DNA of 32,000 nucleotides from Bradyrhizobium erythrophlei (lineage in GTDB: Bacteria; Pseudomonadota; Alphaproteobacteria; Rhizobiales; Xanthobacteraceae), in assembly GCF_900129425.1 (NCBI RefSeq), contig NZ_LT670817.1, forward strand, positions 1,010,278-1,042,277, written 5' to 3'. Positions 9,456 through 18,137 of the stretch are shown here, one piece after another (position 1 is the stretch's first letter; every line of letters begins with the position of its first letter). Made by a program: the position numbers and the translations under genes. The notes under the pieces are model-generated. The model ran no database searches, was not told the DNA's origin, and worked only from the letters and a program-made list of their open reading frames with translations.

Positions 9456-10001
9456 ATGCTGACGCCAGCTGAGCTGGTCTGGCTGATCGCCGCCGTGGCG
9501 AAGGGGGATGAGGCCGCTTTCGAGCGCCTGTATGCAGCCACACGGGCGAAACTCTTCGGCCTGGTGGTGCGTATCTTGCGCCGGCAGGATCTCGCGGAGG
9601 AGGTCATTCAGGAGGCATACGTCAAGATCTGGAACAGTGCAGGACAGTTCAATCCCGGCCTGGCGTCGCCGATCACGTGGATGGCGTCGATTGCCCGAAA
9701 CCGTGCGATCGACGTCGTGCGCAAGAAGAGCGAGCTCTCGATCGAGGAGGAGCCGGCGGCGATGGAGGTGGCTGCCGAAAGTCCGGATCCGCTGGCGCGC
9801 CGGGAGATGAGCGAAGAGTTGAAGCGGTTGCTGGAGTGCATTGGCCGTCTGGAGCCGGATCGGCAAAAGCTGGTGCTGCTGGCCTATTACAACGGTTGGA
9901 GCCGCGAGCAGCTGGCGGCAAAGTTCGAGACGCCGGTGAATACCGTGAAGACCTGGCTGCGTCGCAGCATGATGGACATCCGGGAGTGTCTTGGACTCTA
10001 G
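9456..10001 (+). CDS. ECF-type RNA polymerase sigma-70 family factor
   Basis: 181 aa. Region 2 (FERLYAATRAKLFGLVVRILRRQDLAEEVIQEAYVKIW) and region 4 (LVLLAYYNGWSREQLAAKFETPVNTVKTWLRRSM). Confidence 0.9.
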   Translation: MLTPAELVWLIAAVAKGDEAAFERLYAATRAKLFGLVVRILRRQDLAEEVIQEAYVKIWNSAGQFNPGLASPITWMASIARNRAIDVVRKKSELSIEEEPAAMEVAAESPDPLARREMSEELKRLLECIGRLEPDRQKLVLLAYYNGWSREQLAAKFETPVNTVKTWLRRSMMDIRECLGL

Positions 10002-10038
10002 AAGACCTCGGACTTTAGCAGATCTTGGACTTTGAATA

Positions 10039-10917
10039 ATGGCCTACAGCGAAGACCATATCGCGCTCGCCGCGGAATATGCCCTCGGCACGCTCGATAC
10101 CGAGGAGCGGGCGCAGGTCGAGGCTATGATGGCCGTCGACAAGGATTTCACCGCGATGGTTCAGGCCTGGGAGCACAAGCTCGGGATCCTGAATCAGATG
10201 GTTGGATCGGTCGAACCGCGCGCGGAAGTCTGGGACAGGATCAGAACCGCCGTGGGACACTCCGAGCCGCAAGGGCCGCTGATGCTTCCCGACGCGCCGC
10301 GACCGCCGCCGGCTGTGCCCGAAGTCGAGACGCCCGCCGTCGTGGATACGTCCAACCTCATTCGGTTGTCCGCCCTGGCGAGGCGCTGGCGCAATATTGC
10401 GACGTTGACGACGGCGATCGCCGCCGCACTGGTCGCCATGATCGCGGTCGGGGTCTATCAGCCGGATCTGCTTCCCGAAGCCATTCGCCCCAAACCGCGG
10501 ACCCAGGTGGTTGAGGTCAAAGCCCCCGCGGCGCCGACGCCGCCGTCCGCCCAGTATGTCGCGGTGTTGCAGAAGGAGGGCGGATCTCCCGCCTTCATTC
10601 TCACCGTCGACGCGGCGACCAAGGACTTCACCGTCCGCAAGGTCGGCGCGGCAGCCGATCCCGGCAAGAGTTTCGAACTCTGGCTGATCTCCGACAAGTT
10701 GCCGCGGCCGCGTTCGCTGGGCGTCATCGGCGACGGCGATTTCACCGCGCGTCCGGTACTGGCGTCGTACGATACCGACACCATCAAGACGGCAACCTAT
10801 GCGGTGACGCTCGAGCAGGCCGGCGGCTCACCGGACGGCAACCCGCACTCGGCGCCGGTCTATACCGGCAAGCTGATCGAGACCGTTCCGCCGGCCGCGC
10901 CGACGCCGCCGCGGTAG
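10039..10917 (+). CDS. Anti-sigma factor, RskA (anti-sigma-K) type, single-pass membrane protein
   Basis: 292 aa. N-terminal anti-sigma domain (AAEYALGTLDTEERAQVEAMMAVDKDF...WEHKL), a central TM helix (IATLTTAIAAALVAMIAVGVY), and a C-terminal RskA-like domain (FELWLISDKLPRPRSLGVI ... YAVTLEQAGGSP). Lies 37 nt after the sigma gene. Confidence 0.85.
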   Translation: MAYSEDHIALAAEYALGTLDTEERAQVEAMMAVDKDFTAMVQAWEHKLGILNQMVGSVEPRAEVWDRIRTAVGHSEPQGPLMLPDAPRPPPAVPEVETPAVVDTSNLIRLSALARRWRNIATLTTAIAAALVAMIAVGVYQPDLLPEAIRPKPRTQVVEVKAPAAPTPPSAQYVAVLQKEGGSPAFILTVDAATKDFTVRKVGAAADPGKSFELWLISDKLPRPRSLGVIGDGDFTARPVLASYDTDTIKTATYAVTLEQAGGSPDGNPHSAPVYTGKLIETVPPAAPTPPR

Positions 10918-11054
10918 AGCCTGATCAGTCGGAAGAAAAGGACAGGCGTCTTGCGCACCGTCCGCTCTCTCCCTTTGGAGGGGGCGATGGCGAAAGTGGG
11001 GGAGAGAACGCACCCGCTTCGCAACCGAGAGTAAGACCAGACCAGCCCACAAAA

Positions 11055-11085
11055 TGAAAACGCCCGTGGGGAGCGGGCGTTTTCG
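11055..11085. terminator. Bidirectional rho-independent terminator between convergent genes
   Basis: aaaacgcccg-tggggag-cgggcgtttt (11057-11083), with A-runs and T-runs on both sides. Confidence 0.7.
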
Positions 11086-11175
11086 GTAGTCAACTTGGGG
11101 GTAGTTGGGTCTTCTTATATCCACGAGGCGACTTTGGGGGGCTGGTTAAAGAGCCACGTGAATTCCTTAAACTCC

Positions 11176-11376
11176 TCAACGGACGAGCGACGTATCCGAA
11201 CTGGTGACCGCCACCGGTTTGCCGGCCTTGATGACGCGCGCAGTCTGGGTATAGCCGTCGTCCGAATTGTTCCGAGCCGAGACGCTGAGGCCGACCACCA
11301 CGATACCTGCCACGAGGGCTACGACCACGATCTTGAGGTGAGTCGAGCGATCCGCGCTGTAGATCGAATGGTTCAT
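11176..11376 (-). CDS. Small single-pass membrane protein, hypothetical
   Basis: ORF 11176..11403. ATG at 11376 is preceded by GGGAGG. MNHSIYSADRSTHLKIVVVALVAGIVVVGLSVSA has one clear TM helix. Confidence 0.5.
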   Translation of the reverse strand: MNHSIYSADRSTHLKIVVVALVAGIVVVGLSVSARNNSDDGYTQTARVIKAGKPVAVTSSDTSLVR

Positions 11377-11708
11377 GGAAGCCTCCCGGCGTCTCCCCTG
11401 CACCCTACGGATTTGTCTCTGTCGCCCGCTGGCAGGTTCAACAGCTCATGGCAAGCAAAGTAGGAATTCGGCTTTAAGTTCCTAAGAGGCGATCACAAAG
11501 CAGTGAAAAGACTTGAACGCCCGCGATCAGCGTTCTCGGCCGGAACCCTCCAGCTGACGATAACTAAATTATTTCAAAATGTTATTAGAGATTAAGAGTT
11601 TGGTGCGAGCTGTGGCGCCAAACGGCCCCCAACCCGGCTTGGCAGAAAATCGTTTGCCTGTGGCAAAAAAGATGCGGCTTCGGTGCTTCGGCCAGCCCTC
11701 GCTGCTAG

Positions 11709-13841
11709 CTAGATGCTTCCGACCGTCTTCAGCCGCGCGCGGGGATGGATTTCGGCCTGCGACAACACCGTCGTTTGCGACCTGAAGCGCTCCACCAGCG
11801 AACGCACGAAGGGACGGATCGCCGCCGAGGTCACCAATACCGGCGCCTCGCCTTCGCGGGCCGCCTGTTCGAAGCGCTCGCGTACCACGGTCATGAACTC
11901 CGACAGTCTTGAAGGCTGCATCGCAAGACTGCGCTCCTCGCCCGTGCCGATCAGCGACTCGGCAAAGGCCTGCTCCCATTTTGCCGACAGCGCGATCAGC
12001 GGCAGGTAGCCGTTATGGGAGGTATTCTGGGCGCAAATCTGCCGCGCCAGCCGGGCGCGAACATGCTCGACCATGGTGGCCGGGTTGCGCGAAAACGCCA
12101 GCGCGTCGGCGATGCCTTCGAGAATGGTCGAGAGATCGCGGATCGAGATGCGCTCGGCGAGCAACAGCTGCAGCACGCGCTGAATGCCCGAGATCGTGAC
12201 CAGGCTCGGCACGATGTCCTTGACCAGTTCGCCCTGCTCCTTCGGCAGGTCCTTCAGGAGTTTCTGCACCTCGCCATAGGACAACAGGTCCGACATATTG
12301 TTCTTGAGAAGCTCGGTGAGGTGGGTCGAGAGCACGGTGGCGGCGTCGACCACGGTATAGCCCTTCAGCGAAGCCTCCTCCTTCAGGCTGGCATCGACCC
12401 AGGTTGCCGGCAGCCCGAAGGTCGGCTCGGTGGTATGTATGCCGGGCACTCCGACCTGGTTTCCTGCGGGGTCCATGACCATGAACTGGTTCGGCCAGAT
12501 CCGGCCGGTGCCGGCATCGACTTCCTTGATCTTGATGACGTAGGTGTTGGCCTCGAGCTGCACGTTGTCGAGGATGCGCACCGCCGGCATCACAAAGCCC
12601 ATCTCGATCGCGAGCGAACGGCGCAGCGCCTTGATCTGCTCGGTCAGGCGGTCGGTTCCGTCGGGGCCGTTGACCAGCGGCAGCAGCGCATAGCCGAGTT
12701 CGATCTTGAGATCGTCGATCTTTAGCGCGGTTGCGATCGGCTCTTCGGCCGCGGCGTTCGCCGCGGCGGCGGCTGCGGGAGCGGCGGCGGCGACCGCCGC
12801 GGCTGTCGAGGCCGCGCGTTTGCGTTTGCCCGCCGTGATCGCCAGCGCCGCCGCGCCGCCGCCCAGCAGCAGGAAGGGAATCATCGGAATACCCGGCAGG
12901 ATCGCCAGCACCAGCATCACACCGGCCGACATGCCGAGCGCCTGCGGATAGCCGGAAAGCTGCTTCATCAGCGCCTTGTCGGCGGCGCCGCTGACGCCCG
13001 CCTTCGAGACCAGCAAGCCCGCCGCGGTGGAGACGATCAGCGCGGGCACCTGCGTCACCAGGCCGTCGCCGACGGTCAGCAGCGTGTAGCTGCGTGCGGC
13101 TTCGCCGAAACCGAGGCCTTGCTGGAAGACGCCGATGATGATGCCGCCGATGATGTTGATGAAAACGACCAGAAGGCCGGCGACCGCGTCGCCGCGCACG
13201 AATTTCGACGCACCGTCCATCGCACCGAAGAAGCCGCTTTCGTCTTCCAGTGCCTTGCGGCGCTCCTTGGCGACTTTCTCGTCGATCAGCCCGGCGGACA
13301 GATCGGCGTCGATCGCCATCTGCTTGCCCGGCATGGAATCGAGGTGAAAGCGGGCCGCGACTTCCGCGATACGTCCCGAACCTTTGGTAATGACGACGAA
13401 ATTCACGATCACCAGAATCGCGAAGACGATAATTCCGATCACGAAATTGCCGCCCATCACGAAATTGCCGAAGGCTTCGATGACGTGGCCGGCGGCGTCG
13501 CTGCCCTCATGTCCGCGTGACAGGATCAGCCGGGTCGAGGCCAGGTTGAGCGACAGCCGCAGCATGGTCGAAATCAGCAGAATGGTCGGGAACGAGGAGA
13601 ATTCCAGCGGCGCCTGGATGAACAGCGATGTCATCAGGATCAGGATCGACAGCGTGATCGAGATCGCGAGAAAGAGGTCGAGCACGATCGAGGGCAGCGG
13701 CAGGATCAGCACGACCAGAATGGTGAGGATACCGAACGCCAGCGCGAGATCGCCGCGCTTCAGGATGGTGCCGATTTCGCTGAAACTCGGAATGCCGCTT
13801 CCGGGCGCCCTTGCGATCTGCCCTGCCGTGACATCGACCAT
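11709..13841 (-). CDS. flhA: Flagellar biosynthesis protein FlhA (export gate)
   Basis: ORF 11709..13943; the likely start is ATG 13841 (MVDVTAGQ...). FlhA hallmarks: LALAFGILTILVVLILPLP, FPTILLISTMLRLSLNLASTRLIL, ITKGSGRIAEVAARFHLDSMPGKQMAIDADL, KFVRGDAVAGL. Confidence 0.95.
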   Translation of the reverse strand: MVDVTAGQIARAPGSGIPSFSEIGTILKRGDLALAFGILTILVVLILPLPSIVLDLFLAISITLSILILMTSLFIQAPLEFSSFPTILLISTMLRLSLNLASTRLILSRGHEGSDAAGHVIEAFGNFVMGGNFVIGIIVFAILVIVNFVVITKGSGRIAEVAARFHLDSMPGKQMAIDADLSAGLIDEKVAKERRKALEDESGFFGAMDGASKFVRGDAVAGLLVVFINIIGGIIIGVFQQGLGFGEAARSYTLLTVGDGLVTQVPALIVSTAAGLLVSKAGVSGAADKALMKQLSGYPQALGMSAGVMLVLAILPGIPMIPFLLLGGGAAALAITAGKRKRAASTAAAVAAAAPAAAAAANAAAEEPIATALKIDDLKIELGYALLPLVNGPDGTDRLTEQIKALRRSLAIEMGFVMPAVRILDNVQLEANTYVIKIKEVDAGTGRIWPNQFMVMDPAGNQVGVPGIHTTEPTFGLPATWVDASLKEEASLKGYTVVDAATVLSTHLTELLKNNMSDLLSYGEVQKLLKDLPKEQGELVKDIVPSLVTISGIQRVLQLLLAERISIRDLSTILEGIADALAFSRNPATMVEHVRARLARQICAQNTSHNGYLPLIALSAKWEQAFAESLIGTGEERSLAMQPSRLSEFMTVVRERFEQAAREGEAPVLVTSAAIRPFVRSLVERFRSQTTVLSQAEIHPRARLKTVGSI

Positions 13842-14010
13842 CGTTGCTGCTTCCCCCCGCGAATGCCGGTCACGGGCGCCAAACGTCTGCGCGGCGGCCG
13901 AAGGACCACCGTTTCGAAAGTGAGGCACCGCACTGGCGTCCACGGGTACTCCCCCGTTTTACGCGGCTGACGACACTCAACTTTTTTACTGGGCAATTTT
14001 TGCCCGGTTT

Positions 14011-14030
14011 ATGGTTAGGAAAGGGTTAAC
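14011..14030 (-). promoter_or_regulatory. Near-consensus CtrA box upstream of flhA
   Basis: The minus strand reads TTAA-CCCTTTC-CTAACCAT, i.e. TTAA-N7-TTAAC(CAT) with one mismatch. It lies about 170-190 nt upstream of the proposed flhA start. Confidence 0.4.
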
Positions 14031-14068
14031 GGCGTCCCTCAGTCGTTCCGGGCGCGAAGCGAACCTCA

Positions 14069-14086
14069 GATGCGCAATTGCGCATC
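14069..14086. promoter_or_regulatory. Perfect 18-bp palindrome, candidate operator
   Basis: GATGCGCAATTGCGCATC equals its own reverse complement. It sits in the flhA/MFS divergent region and overlaps the first ATG of the MFS ORF. Confidence 0.45.
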
Positions 14087-15464
14087 GGGGAACCTCGAGA
14101 TTCCGGGTTCGATGCCAGTGCATCGCCCCGGAATGACGGAAACCCTGTTGCACTGCATCTGCATGCCCAATATCGCGCCATGTTGCTTGACCCACGGGCC
14201 GCGGGCAGGGAAGTTGCCCGTCGTGCACGCTCCCTCCGATTCCCAAGGTCGCCAAGCTTTCGCCCCTGATTCCCGCCAGGCTTGGGTGCGGCTTGCGCTC
14301 GCGCTGGTGATCGGCTCGATCGGCAGCGTCGGCATGTGGTCGGTCGTGGTCGTGCTGCCGGGGGTGCAGGCCGAATTCGGGGCCAGCCGCGGCGATGTAT
14401 CGTTGGCCTTTACCTTCACCATGCTCGGCTTCGGTCTCGGCGGCGTCGCCGCCGGAAAGATCACCGATCGCCTCGGCATCGTGGTGGCGATCGGGCTTAG
14501 CATCGGCTTTCTTGGCGTGGCCTATGTGGCCGCCGGCCTTTCGACCACGCTGTGGCAGTTCATTGCCGTGTATTTCCTGATCGGACTGGGGACGTCGGCG
14601 ACCTTCGCGCCGCTGATGGCGGAGGTTTCGCACTGGTTCGAACGCTATCGCGGGCTGGCGGTGACCATCGTTGCCAGCGGCAATTATGTCGGCGGAACGA
14701 TCTGGCCGCCGCTGGTCAATTGGGGCGTGCAGTTGGCCGGCTGGCGCACCACCCATATCGCTGTCGGAATTTTCTGCGCCGTGACCATGACGATGGTGCT
14801 GCTGCTGCTGCGCGCCCAGATCGGCGGCGCAACACGGCGAGATCATGAGAACGCGCCGCCGCCGCGGGTCGATCTGCGGCTCAGCAACAATACGCTGACG
14901 GCGCTGCTGTGCATCGCCAGCGTTTCCTGCTGCGTGGCGATGGCGATGCCGCAGGTTCACATCGTCGCCTATTGCGGCGATCTCGGCTACGGTGTGGCGC
15001 GCGGCGCCGAAATGCTGTCGCTGATGATGGCGTTCGGGATCGTCAGCCGCATCGGATCGGGGTTTCTCGCCGACAGGATCGGCGGCGTCAGAACGTTGAT
15101 GATCGGATCGGTGGCGCAGGGTTTTGCGCTGCTGTTCTATCTGTTTTTCGACAGTCTCTCCTCGCTCTATATCATCTCCGCGATGTTCGGGCTGTTCCAG
15201 GGCGGTATCGTGCCGAGCTACGCCATCATCGTCCGCGAATCGATGCCGGCCAGCGAAGCCGCGACCCGGGTCGGCATCGTGATCCTGGCTTCCGTGGTCG
15301 GGATGTCATTCGGCGGCTGGGTCTCCGGCGTGATCTTCGACGCGACCGGCTCCTACGCGGCGGCTTTCCTCAATGGCCTTTTGTGGAATGCGCTCAACAT
15401 CACCATCGGGGCCGGGCTGTTGCTCCGGGCGCGGCAACGGCTGGCGATGGCGTCAACGACCTGA
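14070..15464 (+). CDS. MFS transporter
   Basis: 464-aa ORF with about 12 hydrophobic segments and MFS-like loops (GKITDRLGIV; FLADRIGGVRTL). The start is uncertain. In-frame alternatives are ATG 14133, ATG 14163 and GTG 14223. GTG 14223 follows AGGGAAG and leaves about 20 aa before TM1. Confidence 0.85.
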   Translation: MRNCASGNLEIPGSMPVHRPGMTETLLHCICMPNIAPCCLTHGPRAGKLPVVHAPSDSQGRQAFAPDSRQAWVRLALALVIGSIGSVGMWSVVVVLPGVQAEFGASRGDVSLAFTFTMLGFGLGGVAAGKITDRLGIVVAIGLSIGFLGVAYVAAGLSTTLWQFIAVYFLIGLGTSATFAPLMAEVSHWFERYRGLAVTIVASGNYVGGTIWPPLVNWGVQLAGWRTTHIAVGIFCAVTMTMVLLLLRAQIGGATRRDHENAPPPRVDLRLSNNTLTALLCIASVSCCVAMAMPQVHIVAYCGDLGYGVARGAEMLSLMMAFGIVSRIGSGFLADRIGGVRTLMIGSVAQGFALLFYLFFDSLSSLYIISAMFGLFQGGIVPSYAIIVRESMPASEAATRVGIVILASVVGMSFGGWVSGVIFDATGSYAAAFLNGLLWNALNITIGAGLLLRARQRLAMASTT

Positions 15465-15657
15465 GCATGCCCATGGAAGGCCGCCCCAACAACCGCCGGG
15501 GCCGACGGCGCCGTTTCATTGACGCTGTCCGTGAAACGTGCATCATACCATCAGGACAACCGAACGCCAGTTCGACATTTGAAATGCTTGATTATCGAAG
15601 CGTCATTTGTATTGCGGGAGTATCGTTCGCGTCATTGCACCATTCCAAATTTTTCAA

Positions 15658-15789
15658 AGTCCGATTATTCAGATTGAGGAGAAAGTCATGCGGCATCTCG
15701 TGCGCATTGTCCTTTCCATATTTGTCGCCGCTCTGATCGTTCAAACGACAGCCATCTCGAAGTCTTTCGCCGATTGTCCGCCGAATTGC
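15658..15789 (+). repeat. Direct repeat copy 1 (5' UTR, signal peptide and DCPPNC-coding part of mini-protein A)
   Basis: Aligns with 18124..18259. Within it, 49 of 50 nt are identical (ctcgtgcgcattgtcctttcNatatttgtcgccgctctgatcgttcaaac). Both copies share AGGAGAnAGTCATG at the start. Confidence 0.85.
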
Positions 15790-15852
15790 AGAAAGGGGAA
15801 TCAGAGTGCGCCTCCGGCCTCGCCCCCGCCCTCGAACCCACCCCCCAAATGA
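15688..15852 (+). CDS. Secreted mini-protein A (54 aa): signal peptide, DCPPNC motif, Pro/Ser-rich tail
   Basis: ATG at 15688 follows GAGGAGAAAGTC. Sequence MRHLVRIVLSIFVAALIVQTTAISKSFADCPPNCRKGNQSAPPASPPPSNPPPK. A paralog lies at 18158. The synonymous-only divergence across ISKSFADCPPNC argues for translation. Confidence 0.65.
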   Translation: MRHLVRIVLSIFVAALIVQTTAISKSFADCPPNCRKGNQSAPPASPPPSNPPPK

Positions 15853-15953
15853 GAGCGTTGCTGTCTGCGATTAGACGCGCCGGCGCTGGTGCGGCTTTCC
15901 GTATTTGATATGCTTTTCCAATGCGAACGAATTGACGGACGAGCCACGGCACC

Positions 15954-18137
15954 ATGCTCAGGGCTTCCAAAAAGGCAACGAGCCAGGAATCGCCAGACCA
16001 TCGGCAACGTTTGAGCGCCTGGGCACCCAAAACGCAGCGCGCGGCGGCACGCTGGTTGAAAGCCGGTCGAAAAGTCTGGTCTTTGCAAGGCGCGGGGCTA
16101 ATGACCGCCGCGGCGGCGCTGATCAGCATCATCCAAATTCTCGTTGCGGTTCAGGGCAAGCTGGTGATTCTTCCGTTCGAGGTCAGGAGCGATCAAAATA
16201 CGCCGAGCGATCTGGGAGCGTCGTTTTCGGCCAGCCTGTCGATCGCTCTGAATGAATACAGGTCGCTATTTCCCTCCTCGGCTCCGAACAGCGCACGGCA
16301 GACTGTTACGAGCAAAAACTATCCCGACCTCGTTCAATCCTTCATGTCGGACCTGCCGTTTGTTGAGATTCCGAGATCTTCACCCTTGAACAAAGGTGCG
16401 ACGGTCCTCGAGGCAATTAAAATCGGGCCGATTTCGATACCGGTCAGTCAGGTCGTGTTCGAGAATCTGGCTTTCTTTCACGACGACACGTTGCGAGGAA
16501 CGCTTGAGATCTGGGGAAACGAACTCGTTGCGAGGATTTCGCTGGGGAACGACGATGCAACGACCACCATTTCTGTTCCGAAAGATCAGGGCTACCGTGC
16601 GCTGATAGATCGTATAACCGTGGAATTGCTTCAAAAGAAGAAGTGGATTTCTCCAATCCCGATGAAGCTGTCAGCTTTGACGTTGTTCAGTGAAGGGCTG
16701 CACAATTATTTGAACTTCGACTTATATGCAGAAGACAGGTTCATCAGCGCTGCCCGGGAAAAGTACCAAGCCGCGTTGCAGGCGGACCCTGATGCCGATC
16801 TGGCCCGTCTCCATCTAGCCGCTACGCAGTACATCAGCACCGACCCGGCAATCATCGCAAAGGCGGTAGAGAATTTCTCGCTGCTGGTCGGAGACCGGCA
16901 TTTCAACCGCGCCGCCAGAATTGGATATGTCGCTTCTTCTTTGCGATACATTGAGCGCGCGGGCGGGTGCACCGGGTTATACCGGTTTCTGGCTCCGACC
17001 CTCCAGGAGGTCCGATCATGGGAGCAGGACGGGAAACCCCCCGCTGGAATCGAAGAACTGCTGCTTTGGAGTGCAACGTTTCAATTGACCGCTGACTTTC
17101 TGCTCCCCGGCAAGCCGTGCGCGCAATGGATTAAATCGACGTTACGGGAAGACAGCGTCACCAAGCTGTTCGAGAAGGCACAACAGGGCTACGAACAGGC
17201 AAAGGCGAAGATCGCGGAACCAAAGCGATACCCGGATAGCGTAGTTGCACGATATCAATTTTACGTTCTTCTCAGCACCAAATATTTGCTCGATGACATG
17301 GTCGATTATTCCCTGCTTTTGAAAACCCCAAATCTGGAGCTTGCAAACGCCGCGCTGGAACGCGGCAAGGAAATCGAGAAGCAGAAGGACGCGATGCCCG
17401 AAGCGCAGCAGCGCTTTTTCGCAACCAGCATCGCCGGCTCTGTTGCAGACAGCTATTTGCGGATAGCGAAGATATACGAATCGAACGCATCAGCGGCAGG
17501 ACCGCTTGTTTCGGCCGCCATCGATCAACTACGGCTGGCGGCAGGATCAACCGAACCGCTCACCGCGCAATGGGCTTTGTTCCGGCTGGCTGACCTTGAA
17601 CTGGGCCGATCGAACGCGCGAACGTCAATGGAGTGGTTGACCCGGGCCTATAGCGGTTTGCCGTCGTTTTCCAGCGCCTTCGATGAATCCTATTTTCCGT
17701 TTGGCATCCTGGTCGAAAAGCCCAGCCAGCGCTGCGAGGCCATCACGCTGCTCAAAAAAGGAAGCGCAGCAGGAAGCGTCGCGAGTAAACTGCTTCTTAT
17801 CGACGCGCTGCGGCGGATGGGCGATTTGCCCAACGCATTGGCGACTGCGGACACGCTTCGAACGTCCGTCGATTGGTCGACCAAGTGGATGGGCGGCGCG
17901 ATCCAGCAAAAGCTCTCGCTGGTCGAAGCGAAACTGAAGCCGCACAACACAGTTCCTGTCGATATGGAGGCGCTGTGGAAACAATCCGATTCGCTGGGCC
18001 CCGAAAACGAGTTTCTGAAATTTGACGTTTACGAACTGGCGGAAATCATCGGGGATGAAGCGCTCTTGACAAAGCTGAAAGCGAGAATATCGTTTCCGCC
18101 ATTGCATCAATCTGGAGTTGTCCAGTCCAATTGTTGA
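15954..18137 (+). CDS. Membrane-anchored TPR-like repeat protein, hypothetical
   Basis: 727-aa ORF. Basic N-terminal tail (11 K/R against 2 D/E in 48 aa), one TM helix (MTAAAALISIIQILVAV), then KLVILPFEV and a long helical region containing at least one clear TPR-like unit (AREKYQAALQADPDADLARLHLAATQY). An alternative start is ATG 16101. GC is lower than in neighbouring genes. Confidence 0.8.
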   Translation: MLRASKKATSQESPDHRQRLSAWAPKTQRAAARWLKAGRKVWSLQGAGLMTAAAALISIIQILVAVQGKLVILPFEVRSDQNTPSDLGASFSASLSIALNEYRSLFPSSAPNSARQTVTSKNYPDLVQSFMSDLPFVEIPRSSPLNKGATVLEAIKIGPISIPVSQVVFENLAFFHDDTLRGTLEIWGNELVARISLGNDDATTTISVPKDQGYRALIDRITVELLQKKKWISPIPMKLSALTLFSEGLHNYLNFDLYAEDRFISAAREKYQAALQADPDADLARLHLAATQYISTDPAIIAKAVENFSLLVGDRHFNRAARIGYVASSLRYIERAGGCTGLYRFLAPTLQEVRSWEQDGKPPAGIEELLLWSATFQLTADFLLPGKPCAQWIKSTLREDSVTKLFEKAQQGYEQAKAKIAEPKRYPDSVVARYQFYVLLSTKYLLDDMVDYSLLLKTPNLELANAALERGKEIEKQKDAMPEAQQRFFATSIAGSVADSYLRIAKIYESNASAAGPLVSAAIDQLRLAAGSTEPLTAQWALFRLADLELGRSNARTSMEWLTRAYSGLPSFSSAFDESYFPFGILVEKPSQRCEAITLLKKGSAAGSVASKLLLIDALRRMGDLPNALATADTLRTSVDWSTKWMGGAIQQKLSLVEAKLKPHNTVPVDMEALWKQSDSLGPENEFLKFDVYELAEIIGDEALLTKLKARISFPPLHQSGVVQSNC

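Noticed and set aside
10955-11015. Imperfect palindrome ctctctccc ... gggggagaga downstream of the anti-sigma gene, a possible REP-like intergenic repeat.
   Set aside because: Only about 8 bp of pairing with a long loop, and just one copy in this window. Repeat-family status cannot be shown without genome-wide searching.
15766-15777. Read F-A-D-C in the mini-proteins as a possible lipobox, which would make them lipoproteins.
   Set aside because: Lipoboxes require a small uncharged residue (G/A/S) at -1. Asp immediately before the Cys is not compatible. SPase I cleavage after S-F-A is the better reading.
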